Shown: positions 29,468 to 40,105, numbered from the whole stretch's first letter. The stretch: DNA of 62,317 nucleotides, filler included, from Gemmatimonadota bacterium (GCA_003697105.1; 4 parts of 4 records of this genome joined end to end with filler, not necessarily neighbours in it), one strand, 5' to 3'. Notes: a model not told the origin generated them from the sequence alone. Made by a program: numbers and translations.

Positions 29468-30841
29468 TTATGCTTTAGACGCCTTTTTTGTCAAGAGATA
29501 AACACGGTGTTGGTGAAGAATCTCCGGTCGCAAATGACCCCGGTCATCGACAATCGACCGGCGAAAGTACCATCGCGATATTTCACTTGCCGGTTTAAAC
29601 TCCCGTTGAGATGCGTGACACATCAAAAAAGATTCATGTTCGGCATGAATATCCCTTACCCCAACGCCATCTCGCAATCGCCGGTCGCCGGTATAAATGC
29701 CGGTTTTGTGATGGTTTTTTATCTGGACTGGTGTTGGTTGCACATTACGAGCAATGATCTGCGATCTAAATTTTGGTTGTAAATACCGTTCTTGTAATGC
29801 ATTCAGATCGATTTGATAATTTGCGTTTAAATGCTCCAACAAATGGAGGGCTAACATTGGAATATCATCATCGATCACCTGTAGTTGGGTATAAAAAGCG
29901 ATGGATGCCACCAAACGCGGGTTGATTTCAATCAAATAGGGCTGATTGGCGATGCTATCGACCACAAAATCCAGTCCGAAAATGCCTTTATAACCGAGTG
30001 TTGCCAAATAATTGCCCATATTTTGGGTGATCCTCACCATCTCATCGATTGAAGAGGGGGGTAAGGGTGTGGAACGCCAGTCGTTACCGCACGAACCGAG
30101 CGGGTTTGCCGTCAGCTCCGGGACACCGGTGATTTGGTAAAACGGTGCGGAGCAGACCGTCCCGAAGCGGGTCACACAGGCGTTTATGGTCAATTTCAGT
30201 CCCTCGATATAGCGGGATATCCGCACGGTCTTACCTTTGATCTGTTCCTGAATTCGGGCAAAATCCGCCTCAGATTGGATGAAAAAGGTGCCATTTCCGG
30301 CAAAACTAAATCCCATTTGTAGAATTACCGGCAAACCCGTATCCAGAAGGCACTCCTGAAATCGCGGGCGGTCATTGAGTTTGATAATCCGATAGCCCGG
30401 CACGGGGAGATCAAGCTGTTTGGCAACTTCAAAAAAGCGGAGTTTGTTTTCCAACGGCAGGCTGCTTTTTGCGGGTGGCATAAGCGAATGCCATTGATTT
30501 TGGGTGACTACCTGCTCAATTTGCGCCGTAGGCTTAAAGTAGATCAGATGCGGCTCCGGTAGTGAATTTAGATAATCACGTACGCGATGATGGGCTAAAA
30601 TCAAATGCGTGGAGAGAAAATCTGGGTCAAAACCGCCCATTTCGTGCGTAAGAGACAAAACCGGCGGTTCCAGCAGGTGGCGAACCGGATCATCATCCCC
30701 GCAAATAATGTGGAAATTCGGGAGAATCTCATCCAAACCCACCGCGTAATGGATGGTATTGGTGACAAAAACAACCGGGGGTTGGTCGTGGAATAGCGGT
30801 GGCAGGTCTGAATTGGAACGTATCATCAGAGGGGTCATCAA
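29468..30841 (-). CDS. ATP-grasp domain protein of unknown specificity
   Basis: LENKLRF, PVILQ...AGNGTFFI, RYIEG, GIFGLDF, YLIEINPRL. Confidence 0.85.
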   Translation of the reverse strand: MMTPLMIRSNSDLPPLFHDQPPVVFVTNTIHYAVGLDEILPNFHIICGDDDPVRHLLEPPVLSLTHEMGGFDPDFLSTHLILAHHRVRDYLNSLPEPHLIYFKPTAQIEQVVTQNQWHSLMPPAKSSLPLENKLRFFEVAKQLDLPVPGYRIIKLNDRPRFQECLLDTGLPVILQMGFSFAGNGTFFIQSEADFARIQEQIKGKTVRISRYIEGLKLTINACVTRFGTVCSAPFYQITGVPELTANPLGSCGNDWRSTPLPPSSIDEMVRITQNMGNYLATLGYKGIFGLDFVVDSIANQPYLIEINPRLVASIAFYTQLQVIDDDIPMLALHLLEHLNANYQIDLNALQERYLQPKFRSQIIARNVQPTPVQIKNHHKTGIYTGDRRLRDGVGVRDIHAEHESFLMCHASQREFKPASEISRWYFRRSIVDDRGHLRPEILHQHRVYLLTKKASKA

Positions 30842-31107
30842 AAAACCGATACATTTATCGTCAGCAAACGGCGATCTTCACGAGTGGGACAATCCACTTG
30901 GGGAGTTTGTGCCCATTCCAGATTTTGCAAATTTTGCAAGACGTGTTGCTCGTATGGATTACGACGAAAGCTACAAATTTACGCTCAGAGGCGAGAGCCG
31001 CCCCTACCAAAATCATAGAAACACGCTATTGTTGCTAATTTTGCCGTGAAAATAAAAGCGTAGCGAGTTTAGAGTTCAATTCCACCAAACTTACAAGCTG
31101 CCAAGCT

Positions 31108-31986
31108 CTATTTAACGACCGCTTTCGCCAGTAGAATCAGCATCCGCCCGCTAATCGCAAAGTAAACCAACCCGTCCAGCAATCGATTTTGACCCGCTAA
31201 AAATTTATTATAATAGATAATCATCGCCTGATGAAAGACAAATGTCATGTAGATGGGTCGTCGCCGGCTACTGCGGCGGTAGTAGTGTGTACAGGTTGCC
31301 CCGGCTTCGTAATAAATTCGCCAACCCGCTTCGCCGATACGCCGGCTCCAGTCTAAATCTTCACCGTACATAAAATAGGCTTCATCCCAGCCGCCCACCT
31401 GATCGATGACCTCGCGCCGGACTAGGAAAAACGCACCGGAAAGGGCTTCCACCTCCCCAGAGTGATCCGGGGCAAGGTAGGTGAGATTATACTTACCCAA
31501 TCTGGGATGCGTGGGAAAAAGACGGGCTAAACCGGTCAATTTGGCGAACGATGCCAGCGGATCGGGCAATCCACGGCGGGAGGTATAAATAAAAGTGCCG
31601 TCGGGGGCATTCATTCGGCATCCGGCGGCGCCAATATCGGGGTGGTGCTCCATCAACTGGAGCATTGTTTGTAGGGTGTCCGGCGCCACCACATTATCCG
31701 GGTTCAAAAAAAGAAGGTAACGCCCCGAACTGACCGCAATACCCTGATTGCACGCATGAGCAAACCCCCAGTTTTTATCATTTTCAAGGCAGATCACTTG
31801 CGGAAATTCAGTCCGAACCATCGTCATGGAATCATCGACTGAATCATTATCTACCACAATTACTTCCATTGAAAAATCACCACGGGAGGCAAACACGGCT
31901 TGCAACGCCAATCGCAAGAAATTCTTGACATTGTAATTGACGATGATAATCGATAAGTCAACGGGAGGCACGGTAAATTTTCTCAA
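31108..31986 (-). CDS. GT2 glycosyltransferase (WbbL-like)
   Basis: SIIIVNYN, VVDNDSVD, NWGFAHACNQG, FLNPD, SGAFFL, FMYGEDLD. Confidence 0.93.
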   Translation of the reverse strand: MRKFTVPPVDLSIIIVNYNVKNFLRLALQAVFASRGDFSMEVIVVDNDSVDDSMTMVRTEFPQVICLENDKNWGFAHACNQGIAVSSGRYLLFLNPDNVVAPDTLQTMLQLMEHHPDIGAAGCRMNAPDGTFIYTSRRGLPDPLASFAKLTGLARLFPTHPRLGKYNLTYLAPDHSGEVEALSGAFFLVRREVIDQVGGWDEAYFMYGEDLDWSRRIGEAGWRIYYEAGATCTHYYRRSSRRRPIYMTFVFHQAMIIYYNKFLAGQNRLLDGLVYFAISGRMLILLAKAVVK

Positions 31987-32968
31987 TAATTTCGACGGTT
32001 TTTAGTCCTTCAATCCCGGTTGTAGCGATTTGCTCCCGCCCCAGAATGGTTTCCACCACATTGGCGATCACTTTATCATGATTGGACATCGAACCGTGAT
32101 AAAAACCGTAGTCATTGGCGGGTGAGGATTGGGGTACGTCCTGAATAACAAAATCTTGAATATTCTGATATTCCAACACATTCAGATATTGTCCACCAAT
32201 TTTAACGGTTCCTTTTTCCGCAAAAATGGTGATGGAACCTTCCATATTTTTTTGATGGGCGCATATAGTATAAGTGATCGTCCCGATAGCGCCGCTTTTA
32301 AACTCCAGCAACGCTCCGCCACAATCCTCAAAATCAATATAATCGTGGGCAACATTCCGGCGAATTGCCTGTACGGTAGTAACATCACCAATCAGCCAAT
32401 AGAGCAGATCAATAAAATGACTAAATTGCGTGAATAGCGTACCGCCATCTTGCTCCAACCGTCCTTTCCAACTGGAATGTTGGTAGTATGCCTTGTTTCG
32501 ATTCCAATAGCAATTTACGGCAACCTGATAAATGTTGCCGAACCGTCCGGTCTCAATTGCCTGTTTTACAGCAACAACCGGCGGATTATAGCGATTTTGC
32601 TTCACCACAAAGAGCATTTTCTGCATTTTTTCGGCGGCATGGAGCATATCCAAACAATCCGAAGAACGCAATGCCATTGGTTTTTCGCACAGCACATGGT
32701 GTCCGGCATTCAAAGCGCGAATGGAAAGGGGTGCATGGGTGTTATTGGGGGTACAAATCGTGATCACATCAACTGTCGGATGCTTCTCCAGCAGGTCTGA
32801 AAGATGGCGATACGCCGGGACATCAAAGCCCTCTGCTCGTGCCTCTACCACATCACAAGTAGCGACTAATTCTGCTTGCGGATGCGCTTTAATGTGCCGG
32901 ATATGGCGTTGCCCAATAGCACCACAGCCGACAACGGCAAATGAAATCGATTTCAACAGACACCTCAC
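31958..32968 (-). CDS. Gfo/Idh/MocA oxidoreductase (WbpB/WlbA-like UDP-GlcNAcA 3-dehydrogenase)
   Basis: VVGCGAIG, CEKPMA, VVKQNRYNP, DGGTLFTQFSHFID, NMEGSITIF. Confidence 0.85.
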   Translation of the reverse strand: MRCLLKSISFAVVGCGAIGQRHIRHIKAHPQAELVATCDVVEARAEGFDVPAYRHLSDLLEKHPTVDVITICTPNNTHAPLSIRALNAGHHVLCEKPMALRSSDCLDMLHAAEKMQKMLFVVKQNRYNPPVVAVKQAIETGRFGNIYQVAVNCYWNRNKAYYQHSSWKGRLEQDGGTLFTQFSHFIDLLYWLIGDVTTVQAIRRNVAHDYIDFEDCGGALLEFKSGAIGTITYTICAHQKNMEGSITIFAEKGTVKIGGQYLNVLEYQNIQDFVIQDVPQSSPANDYGFYHGSMSNHDKVIANVVETILGREQIATTGIEGLKTVEIIEKIYRASR

Positions 32969-35508
32969 AGTTGGCGGCGCTTTTTGATGCCAAATTCCCA
33001 GCCAAACACGAGCAAGATAAACAACAACGCCACGCTCCCGGAGATCACCCCAGCCCGGAAAGGTGGGTCTTGGAATTTAAATTCAATGGTGTGTTCACCC
33101 GCGGGAACCCGGATAGAACGCAAGGCATAATTGGTTTTGTAAATATCAACTTTTTCACCGTTAATATAGGCGTGCCAGCCGGGGGGATAATTGACTTCGC
33201 TCAGAACCAGCAAACATTCCTGAGCAATATTGGCATGAAGTGTAATCTGATGAATATCAAAATCGGTGACCTGAACCGTACTCCCCGTTTTATCACCAAA
33301 CGAAAAATAGCCAAGTGAATCTGCCTCGCCTAAATTTAAATCATACGTGGATTCCAATACGGCGGCTTGAGCTGGATTAAATGTTGGGCTTTTCAGTTCA
33401 TCAAATATGGCTTTGGGGTCTGTCAGCACTTTTACCCGATCCACCAGATATGCCCGCGGCAAATTTTTGAGATTTTGATAGACGATCATCCCATTACTTT
33501 GAAACACTTGCCGAAAATCCGGGTGGGGAAACTGTCCCGAAACCACCAGATATTTGCCATTGAACATCGCCATCGCAGTGGATAACCGCTCAACATTGAG
33601 CTGTCCATTGGGGAACAGGACGTAATCAAACATATCTTGTATGACCCGTAACTTGGCGGCGTGGTATCCCCCCATCGACTCAATCAGGTAATATGCCCAA
33701 ATATTATTTTGAAAGAGGTCACCGACACCTTGGACATTTCCCAAGCTGAGTATTCGGAATTTCCCGGTATCTTGCTTGAGAAAATCCGCTACTGGGTCGG
33801 TGATGGCAAGCTGGCTGTTAACCACCGTGGGTTCTGCTTTGGCAACGGTGAATCGCCGGTTGAGAAGCCACAAATCGAGAGTCAACACTACCAGAACCGC
33901 GATCACAAATGTCCGCCGGTTCAAGCGACGTTGGATGGCTAAGATCAGCAAGGCACAACTGACAACCATGAAAAAGGTCATCCGGTACACATCTTTTTTC
34001 GCCATATCAAACCGCTGTGCCGCTAAATAGTTGATCGTGGCTTCATCGTATGTCGCCCGGTCCCGGTCACGGGTGAACATGCCATCTTGGCGCAGGGATT
34101 GGTACAACCCGTTACCACCAACGGCAAAAATCAGACTGATTAAAATGGAAACCGCCGCAATGGTTGCGAGTCCTTTCCACAAAAATTGGAATTTCGGTTC
34201 GAGCTTCTTTTTAACCGTTTCAAATTGATCGAGTAATACTTGTAAACCAAATCCGGCGAGGACAGCTACGGCAAATTCCAGCAGAACCAACACCATTGCC
34301 GGCACCCGAAACTTGTTAAAATACGGAAGATGATTCAGTAAAAATTCACTGAGGAGGGGAAAATGCCGTCCAAAACTAACCAGTAAGGAGACGATACCGA
34401 GAATCAGCATAAAAACGGTAATGCGATTCCGGCGAAACAAGAGCGCAATCGCGGAAAGCAATAAGGGTAAAAGCCCCATATAGAGCGAATTTTGGGTAAA
34501 CGGCATCTGCCCCCAATAGAAACCGCCCTGCTCACCCACCCCATAAAATGCTGGGACAAAAAAGGTGATAATTTCCTCGGGAGGGAAAGACCAACTGGTG
34601 GCGTAATCATGAGAAAGACCGGTTTTCGGCGCGGTTGTATCCAACGCGGGTGGAACACCCCGGATGGAATAGTGGCTGTATTCCTGAACCGGTCCAAAAT
34701 AAATATACGAGAGCGCAAAACCGATCAACACAGCAATGGCACACAATCCGCCCCCTAAAACAACTTTGAAATTACGCTTCGCTAATTCGATGATAACCCA
34801 GTAAAGCGTGAACGCACCGAGCATCAGCAGAGTATAATAGGCAATTTGGGGGTGCTGGGCAAGAAGTTGCAACCCAATCGTCAAACCTGCCAGGGCCAAA
34901 TAAAAAAGCGACGGTGATTCCAATAGACGTAAAATAGCGTAAAACGTCCACGGGATGTACATGATCGTCCATAGCTTCCCGCCGTGTGCAATGGGGATTA
35001 AGCCGACAAAATGGGGCATTAGCATAAACGTGATGGCGCCCAGCAAAGAAGCACTTCGTGCCAATTTTAAGTGACGCAGCAACAGATAAAGCCCGAGAGC
35101 ACCAAAAATGAAATGGAGAAGATGCGGATGAAGTACACGTCCGGTACTGAATGGAAGTTTGGCGATAATTGTACGGTGAAATATATCGACTGGATAAACA
35201 ATGGAATGGATCATACTCCCAAAACTTGGCATTCCCGAAAATATGTAAGGTGTCCATTGTGGATAGTAACCTTTTGAGACCGCTTCTTTTGTAAAATGCG
35301 CCGCATATGTCCCGGCAGAGGCATCGGCGGCATTAAACGTTTTGCCTAAAAAGGTATACTCAAAAAATTGGCTATAAATTAGCACCGCAAAAATCAGTAA
35401 AACGATGAGGTTAAAGTAGCGATTCACGTACGTTGGTATTGAGGAGGAACCACTCGCGGAACCGGATGGTGTTCGGCTTCTTTTTGTTTGTTTTTTCTTT
35501 TTTCCCAT
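32965..35508 (-). CDS. YfhO family membrane protein (GT-C-like)
   Basis: WTPYIFSGMP, HPQIAYY, YSHYSIRG, FNKFRVP, GYHAAK, NLPRAYL, SEVNYPPGW..YING, NYALR. Confidence 0.9.
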   Translation of the reverse strand: MGKKKKQTKRSRTPSGSASGSSSIPTYVNRYFNLIVLLIFAVLIYSQFFEYTFLGKTFNAADASAGTYAAHFTKEAVSKGYYPQWTPYIFSGMPSFGSMIHSIVYPVDIFHRTIIAKLPFSTGRVLHPHLLHFIFGALGLYLLLRHLKLARSASLLGAITFMLMPHFVGLIPIAHGGKLWTIMYIPWTFYAILRLLESPSLFYLALAGLTIGLQLLAQHPQIAYYTLLMLGAFTLYWVIIELAKRNFKVVLGGGLCAIAVLIGFALSYIYFGPVQEYSHYSIRGVPPALDTTAPKTGLSHDYATSWSFPPEEIITFFVPAFYGVGEQGGFYWGQMPFTQNSLYMGLLPLLLSAIALLFRRNRITVFMLILGIVSLLVSFGRHFPLLSEFLLNHLPYFNKFRVPAMVLVLLEFAVAVLAGFGLQVLLDQFETVKKKLEPKFQFLWKGLATIAAVSILISLIFAVGGNGLYQSLRQDGMFTRDRDRATYDEATINYLAAQRFDMAKKDVYRMTFFMVVSCALLILAIQRRLNRRTFVIAVLVVLTLDLWLLNRRFTVAKAEPTVVNSQLAITDPVADFLKQDTGKFRILSLGNVQGVGDLFQNNIWAYYLIESMGGYHAAKLRVIQDMFDYVLFPNGQLNVERLSTAMAMFNGKYLVVSGQFPHPDFRQVFQSNGMIVYQNLKNLPRAYLVDRVKVLTDPKAIFDELKSPTFNPAQAAVLESTYDLNLGEADSLGYFSFGDKTGSTVQVTDFDIHQITLHANIAQECLLVLSEVNYPPGWHAYINGEKVDIYKTNYALRSIRVPAGEHTIEFKFQDPPFRAGVISGSVALLFILLVFGWEFGIKKRRQL

Positions 35509-35546
35509 GATGTTTGTTGCCTATTTTAGTGAAAGAAAATGACACT

Positions 35547-36497
35547 TCAAGGGTGAATTAACTGTTTTGCATTTTGGTGGTAGATACGATCATAAACGTT
35601 CGCCGGTAAATCCAGTGAATCCAAAAACGATTTTAATCCAAGTTGATAATTATCCGTGCCATATAACAATTTGGTCGCATATCGGATTAAAAATGTTCGC
35701 GCAAACGTCGGATCGCGGGTTAGGGCATAATACCCACTCCCTCCCGATAAATCGGCATAAAGATTATCATAGGTTGTTAATAGATAGCAAATAATGCCCT
35801 CTTGATCAATATGTCCCGTTGGATATTGGACATCCTTTGGCACGTCCTTACTGATATTTTTCCAAAAAAAAGGTCCGTGCCCGATGAATTTTATATCCGG
35901 GTACTGTTGTAATGCCCGTTCCAAGGTCTCAAAATCCATCAAATAGCCAGAAAAGTGATACTGTAATTCTTTATATTTTTTCCGGAGTACCGGGATGCCG
36001 TTACAGAGCCATCGTGCTGTTTTTGCCGGAATCCCTCCTAACTTGTGAGTGCGGAAACATTTGGCTAACACCTGATCAAAACGGTGTTCTGCCTGAAACG
36101 AAAATCCCTGATGACCTTCCTCCATGTGAAAAATCAAGGGTAATTTTAATTGATGGATACATTCCAGCAGGGGCTGAAGTTGCGGGGAATCCCAACGGAC
36201 ATTTGCTTTGAGTTCGCCACAGCCTCGGATCCCTTTGTGATAGTACTCCTGAAATCGTTCCACCGCATCAGGACGGTTAGGGTCTGGGGCGTAAAAAGGA
36301 ACAATGCGATCCGGGTATTTTTGATACGCTTCTAACACCGGTTCAACCGGAAAAGGATGATAATTCCATTTAATGTGATTTCCCACTTCTTCCCACGTGA
36401 GGAGCCAACATTTATCCAGATGATAGGTATCGAGATACTCAATAAGGGTTTCTGCTGTAATGCCGTTTAAGCCTAAATGCAGATGGGAATCGATCAT
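35547..36497 (-). CDS. Amidohydrolase family protein
   Basis: IDSHLH, GCGELK, IFHME, IGHGP, YADLSG, LYGTD, NAKQL. Confidence 0.85.
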   Translation of the reverse strand: MIDSHLHLGLNGITAETLIEYLDTYHLDKCWLLTWEEVGNHIKWNYHPFPVEPVLEAYQKYPDRIVPFYAPDPNRPDAVERFQEYYHKGIRGCGELKANVRWDSPQLQPLLECIHQLKLPLIFHMEEGHQGFSFQAEHRFDQVLAKCFRTHKLGGIPAKTARWLCNGIPVLRKKYKELQYHFSGYLMDFETLERALQQYPDIKFIGHGPFFWKNISKDVPKDVQYPTGHIDQEGIICYLLTTYDNLYADLSGGSGYYALTRDPTFARTFLIRYATKLLYGTDNYQLGLKSFLDSLDLPANVYDRIYHQNAKQLIHP

Positions 36498-36500
36498 AGT

Positions 36501-37490
36501 TTATTGAATTAAGTGTTCCTCAAGGGCTTGCTGCTTCATGCCTTGACATTTATAAAAATGGATAATAGAACGATACCACAAAAATAGCAAGGGTCGAGGA
36601 AATAACCGTTCTGCCAACGGCAAACTGGTTCTGAAAACCGAATGAATGATTGGATTCTGGATTCCATAACGCGAGATCAGATTACCAATGCGGCGCTGAA
36701 ATGATGGTTTGGCATCGGGTAAAGGCATCACCCGATCAATTTGTAAATCTTCTGCTAATTCCGGTAATTTTAGATAACACAATACCGCAGATTTTCCAGC
36801 AGAAATCGTGCGCTCACAATATCGTTTCAAGGTTGGGTTATAATAATGATAGGATTGGGCTTGAGGGCTGTAGTAAAAGCGGGTTTTTAATTCGCGGTAT
36901 AGCCGAAATCCAATTGCTAAATCTTCATTTCCGTAAATTCCTTTACCAAAACTTTCATCATCAAACCCTCCAACCTTCCAAAACGACTCTCGACTCACGG
37001 AAATATTCCCTCCTTGGAAATACCAGTACGGTTTTGCCGTATCAATCCGACCAGCTTTCTTCGGAAAAATTTGCTGATTGCCCCCATGATCGATAAAATC
37101 AATAAAACGTCCGGTTGCATAATGTGCCGGAATCTGCTTATGCCCTAAAACCACACAATTTGTATCGGATTGGTGATAGTACCAATGTCCAGAAACAAGG
37201 CTCGGTGAGACCTCCATATCATCATCTAAAAAGAGCAATGCCTGACCAGAAGCTTCTCTGGCACCCGCATTTCGGGAATACGGATACCCCCGATTTTCGT
37301 GACGTTCATAGATGAATCGGCATGGCATTTCGACCGAATTGAGATAATCGTTGGTATCGGTATCCGAACCGTCATCGGAGACAATGACTTCATACCGGTC
37401 AGCCGGAAAATCTTGGTGAGATAAAGATTCCAAACACAGTTTCAGTATATCTAACCGGTTATAAGTAGTAATGATAACCGAAACATCCAT
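36501..37490 (-). CDS. GT2 glycosyltransferase
   Basis: SVIITTYNR, VSDDGSD, RNAG, FLDDD, GGFDD, ED. Confidence 0.92.
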   Translation of the reverse strand: MDVSVIITTYNRLDILKLCLESLSHQDFPADRYEVIVSDDGSDTDTNDYLNSVEMPCRFIYERHENRGYPYSRNAGAREASGQALLFLDDDMEVSPSLVSGHWYYHQSDTNCVVLGHKQIPAHYATGRFIDFIDHGGNQQIFPKKAGRIDTAKPYWYFQGGNISVSRESFWKVGGFDDESFGKGIYGNEDLAIGFRLYRELKTRFYYSPQAQSYHYYNPTLKRYCERTISAGKSAVLCYLKLPELAEDLQIDRVMPLPDAKPSFQRRIGNLISRYGIQNPIIHSVFRTSLPLAERLFPRPLLFLWYRSIIHFYKCQGMKQQALEEHLIQ

Positions 37491-37494
37491 AATG

Positions 37495-38586
37495 TTACTC
37501 CCAAAACAGAACGGTTTCCGAAAATAATTCTTCCACGATAGGGATTATGCCCTGGTCGTGCGTCAAGGCTTCCGGAGCCATCTTAATAGCAGAGATGACT
37601 TGGGTTTGCGGTGAAAATAACGACGCATACAACATCGTTGAGGAGAAAAGGGTGATCACATAATCAATTGATAACGCTTTTAAGAGAATTTCCACAGGTA
37701 GCCCCTTCAATTGTGAAATCAGTTTTATGGGGAATCCGGCGATATCATAGAAATATGTGTACTTTTCCGATGATTCCCGAGGGTGCGGTTTTAGGAAGAG
37801 GGTATCCACATGCAGTTCGTGTTGAATCCGTTGGACAATATTGGCGTAAATTGCTAACTCACGCTGTTCGGTAAGACCTCGATCCGCCGATAAGGGTTGG
37901 GTGAGCAGCAGCGCGGTTTTTCCGTCCACGGTCGGCAATGCTTCAAGGTGATCGATCCAAGTAGTAAGCTTAGTTGCTATTTTTTTTTGGATTAAGTTCC
38001 CCAGATCATGCACCGGCTTATTGGGAAAAAAAGCCCACTTGCGAAATTTATCGGGATATACAACGTAACTGCTATCATTGATCTTATTTTTTCCTAACAC
38101 ATAATGGTAGCATGCTAGGCCATAATGAAACACCAGTTTATCAGTTAAAAAGCGCCCAATAACTTTATGGTAAGGTTCTTTTTTTATCCGTTGGATATAG
38201 GTACCTAACCCTTCTTCGATAAAATAGGTTTTATCGGGTTCAATCCAGCGGTGAATGATTTGGTTATTTAACTGAGTGTCATTCGACCAGAATACAATCC
38301 GTTCGGTATCGGTATTTCGGCGTGTATAGGGGAAATTCTCTTTTAACTTTCTGGCATCACGAAGCCAATTCCAGTTTAAATATTTATTTCGTGGAAAAAG
38401 GATTTCTTCATGAATTTCATCCCAATCGGATGTCGCAAATAGGGCTGGGTGGATATTTTTTTGGGGTCCCGTCAGAATGAGAATACAGGGTACCGACCGG
38501 CCGATGTCTGCTTTCCATTGATCCGCAATCAGACTGGAAAAGATGATGTGCAAAGGTGTTGAGGCGATAAAAAAAAGTTCTGTCAT
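37495..38586 (-). CDS. Sialyltransferase-like glycosyltransferase (GT38/GT52 type)
   Basis: TPLH, IEEGLGTY, TQP, KPHPRE, PVE, FSST motifs. Confidence 0.75.
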   Translation of the reverse strand: MTELFFIASTPLHIIFSSLIADQWKADIGRSVPCILILTGPQKNIHPALFATSDWDEIHEEILFPRNKYLNWNWLRDARKLKENFPYTRRNTDTERIVFWSNDTQLNNQIIHRWIEPDKTYFIEEGLGTYIQRIKKEPYHKVIGRFLTDKLVFHYGLACYHYVLGKNKINDSSYVVYPDKFRKWAFFPNKPVHDLGNLIQKKIATKLTTWIDHLEALPTVDGKTALLLTQPLSADRGLTEQRELAIYANIVQRIQHELHVDTLFLKPHPRESSEKYTYFYDIAGFPIKLISQLKGLPVEILLKALSIDYVITLFSSTMLYASLFSPQTQVISAIKMAPEALTHDQGIIPIVEELFSETVLFWE

Positions 38587-38592
38587 TTCGCG

Positions 38593-39519
38593 TTATCTCC
38601 AGCGAACCCAAGTAGTAAACGAGAACCGGTATTTCCATACCATTATCATGGAAAAAAGACCTAAAATGACAAGCTTAACGCTGTATTGCCATATCGGGGA
38701 TTCCCATAAGGATGCTATTGGTAAGGTGACCCCATATACTAAAACGAGTATCAAAGTTGGTACGGCAAGCGTTAATAAAGATGTAGTATGCAACTGCAGA
38801 ACATATTTACTGACCCCCCAACCTCCCAGTGCCATAATTGCATATGAAATTACCGTGGTGTAAGCACTAGCTTCGTATCCAAACATCGGAATATAGATCG
38901 AATTTAAAAGGATATTGATGATACCGGCACTAAGTGCAATTACAGAGGTCCAGATCGTTTTGTAGGCAAAACCTAAGTTTCGACCCCACACTTGCCACCA
39001 ATATACAAAAATATGCCCAAATACCACGATCGGAATCAGATGTAATGCGGTATGATAGGATGCCGCCGATATAATCTGTCCAATGAGTTCGCCAAATAAC
39101 ATTAAAAATAGCGCACAAATTAAAACTAACCGCATCATTTTATCAACATCTAAATCCAGTTGGTGGTAAGATTTGGACTTCATGTATTCATAGTAATCGG
39201 GCGTCCATGCCGTTAGTAATGCGGTCAGGAAGAGATTTAAGACAGTTCCGATATTGTAGGCAAAACTATATAATCCGGTTGCCGCAGAATCAATATAATT
39301 ATTGATCATAATTCGGTCAAACTGGGCTAAGATAATCCCACTCAGTTGATAGGGTACTAATGGTAATGAATATCTGAGAATATACCGGATATGGTGGCGG
39401 TTAAAGGCAACTGAAAAATAGGGTTTTACATAATAGACAATGGCACCACTTAGAATACCACCGATAATGATTTGCCCCCAAATTAGCCCTAGATACCGGT
39501 CTGTTTGTAACATCAAGAC
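38593..39519 (-). CDS. Wzx-type polysaccharide flippase, 5' end truncated at the gap
   Basis: YSLPLVP, QFDRIMI, GLYSFAY, AWTP, NILLNSIYIPMFGYEASAYTT. Confidence 0.88.
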   Translation of the reverse strand, partial: VLMLQTDRYLGLIWGQIIIGGILSGAIVYYVKPYFSVAFNRHHIRYILRYSLPLVPYQLSGIILAQFDRIMINNYIDSAATGLYSFAYNIGTVLNLFLTALLTAWTPDYYEYMKSKSYHQLDLDVDKMMRLVLICALFLMLFGELIGQIISAASYHTALHLIPIVVFGHIFVYWWQVWGRNLGFAYKTIWTSVIALSAGIINILLNSIYIPMFGYEASAYTTVISYAIMALGGWGVSKYVLQLHTTSLLTLAVPTLILVLVYGVTLPIASLWESPIWQYSVKLVILGLFSMIMVWKYRFSFTTWVRWR

Positions 39520-39619
39520 NNNNNNNNNNNNNNNNNNNNNNNNNNNNNNNNNNNNNNNNNNNNTTAATTAATTAANNNNNNNNNNNNNNNNNNNNNNNNN
39601 NNNNNNNNNNNNNNNNNNN
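39520..39619. other. Artificial contig spacer
   Basis: N-TTAATTAATTAA-N. Confidence 0.98.
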
Positions 39620-39747
39620 AGTAGAGGGTGTTGTTGTTCCATAACAAAATTATACCCTATCTCAGTTTCAAAGATCAATCATTTTTTTGCAGGCTGACTA
39701 TGCCTGTGTAGTTACAATATTTTTTTCAAATTGGGGGGTTTCCAATC

Positions 39748-40104
39748 ATGAATCAAGAAGTTCAACTTATTTTAGATCGATGGGGCTTTATCAAGCCCCA
39801 AACGCTTGCACTCCGGGCAGAAGTTTCTCCTCGAGCGGTGGACGACTTAATCCAGTTAGGGCTGTTCGATCCATTTCTGGTCAAGATTGATGGAGCACTA
39901 TTTCTTCTCCCAGAAGCACTTAATCACCTCCAAGAAATAAAAGCCACCCAAAAAATGGAACCCTACATCACTCCCCGTGCAAAACATCAACGCCACCAAC
40001 GCTGGAAACGCCGTTGGCGACGCGTTCGACGTTATATGGAAATCATGTTTGTACCCGCGTTTATTATCTCCGCTTTTTTGGTGGTTGGTTTTCTATTACG
40101 CTAA
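39748..40104 (+). CDS. Hypothetical protein: possible MerR-like HTH, Arg-rich stretch and C-terminal TM anchor
   Basis: LALRAEVSPRAVDDLIQLGLFDP; RWKRRWRRVRR; hydrophobic C-terminus; GGGGG SD. Confidence 0.6.
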   Translation: MNQEVQLILDRWGFIKPQTLALRAEVSPRAVDDLIQLGLFDPFLVKIDGALFLLPEALNHLQEIKATQKMEPYITPRAKHQRHQRWKRRWRRVRRYMEIMFVPAFIISAFLVVGFLLR

Positions 40105-40105
40105 C

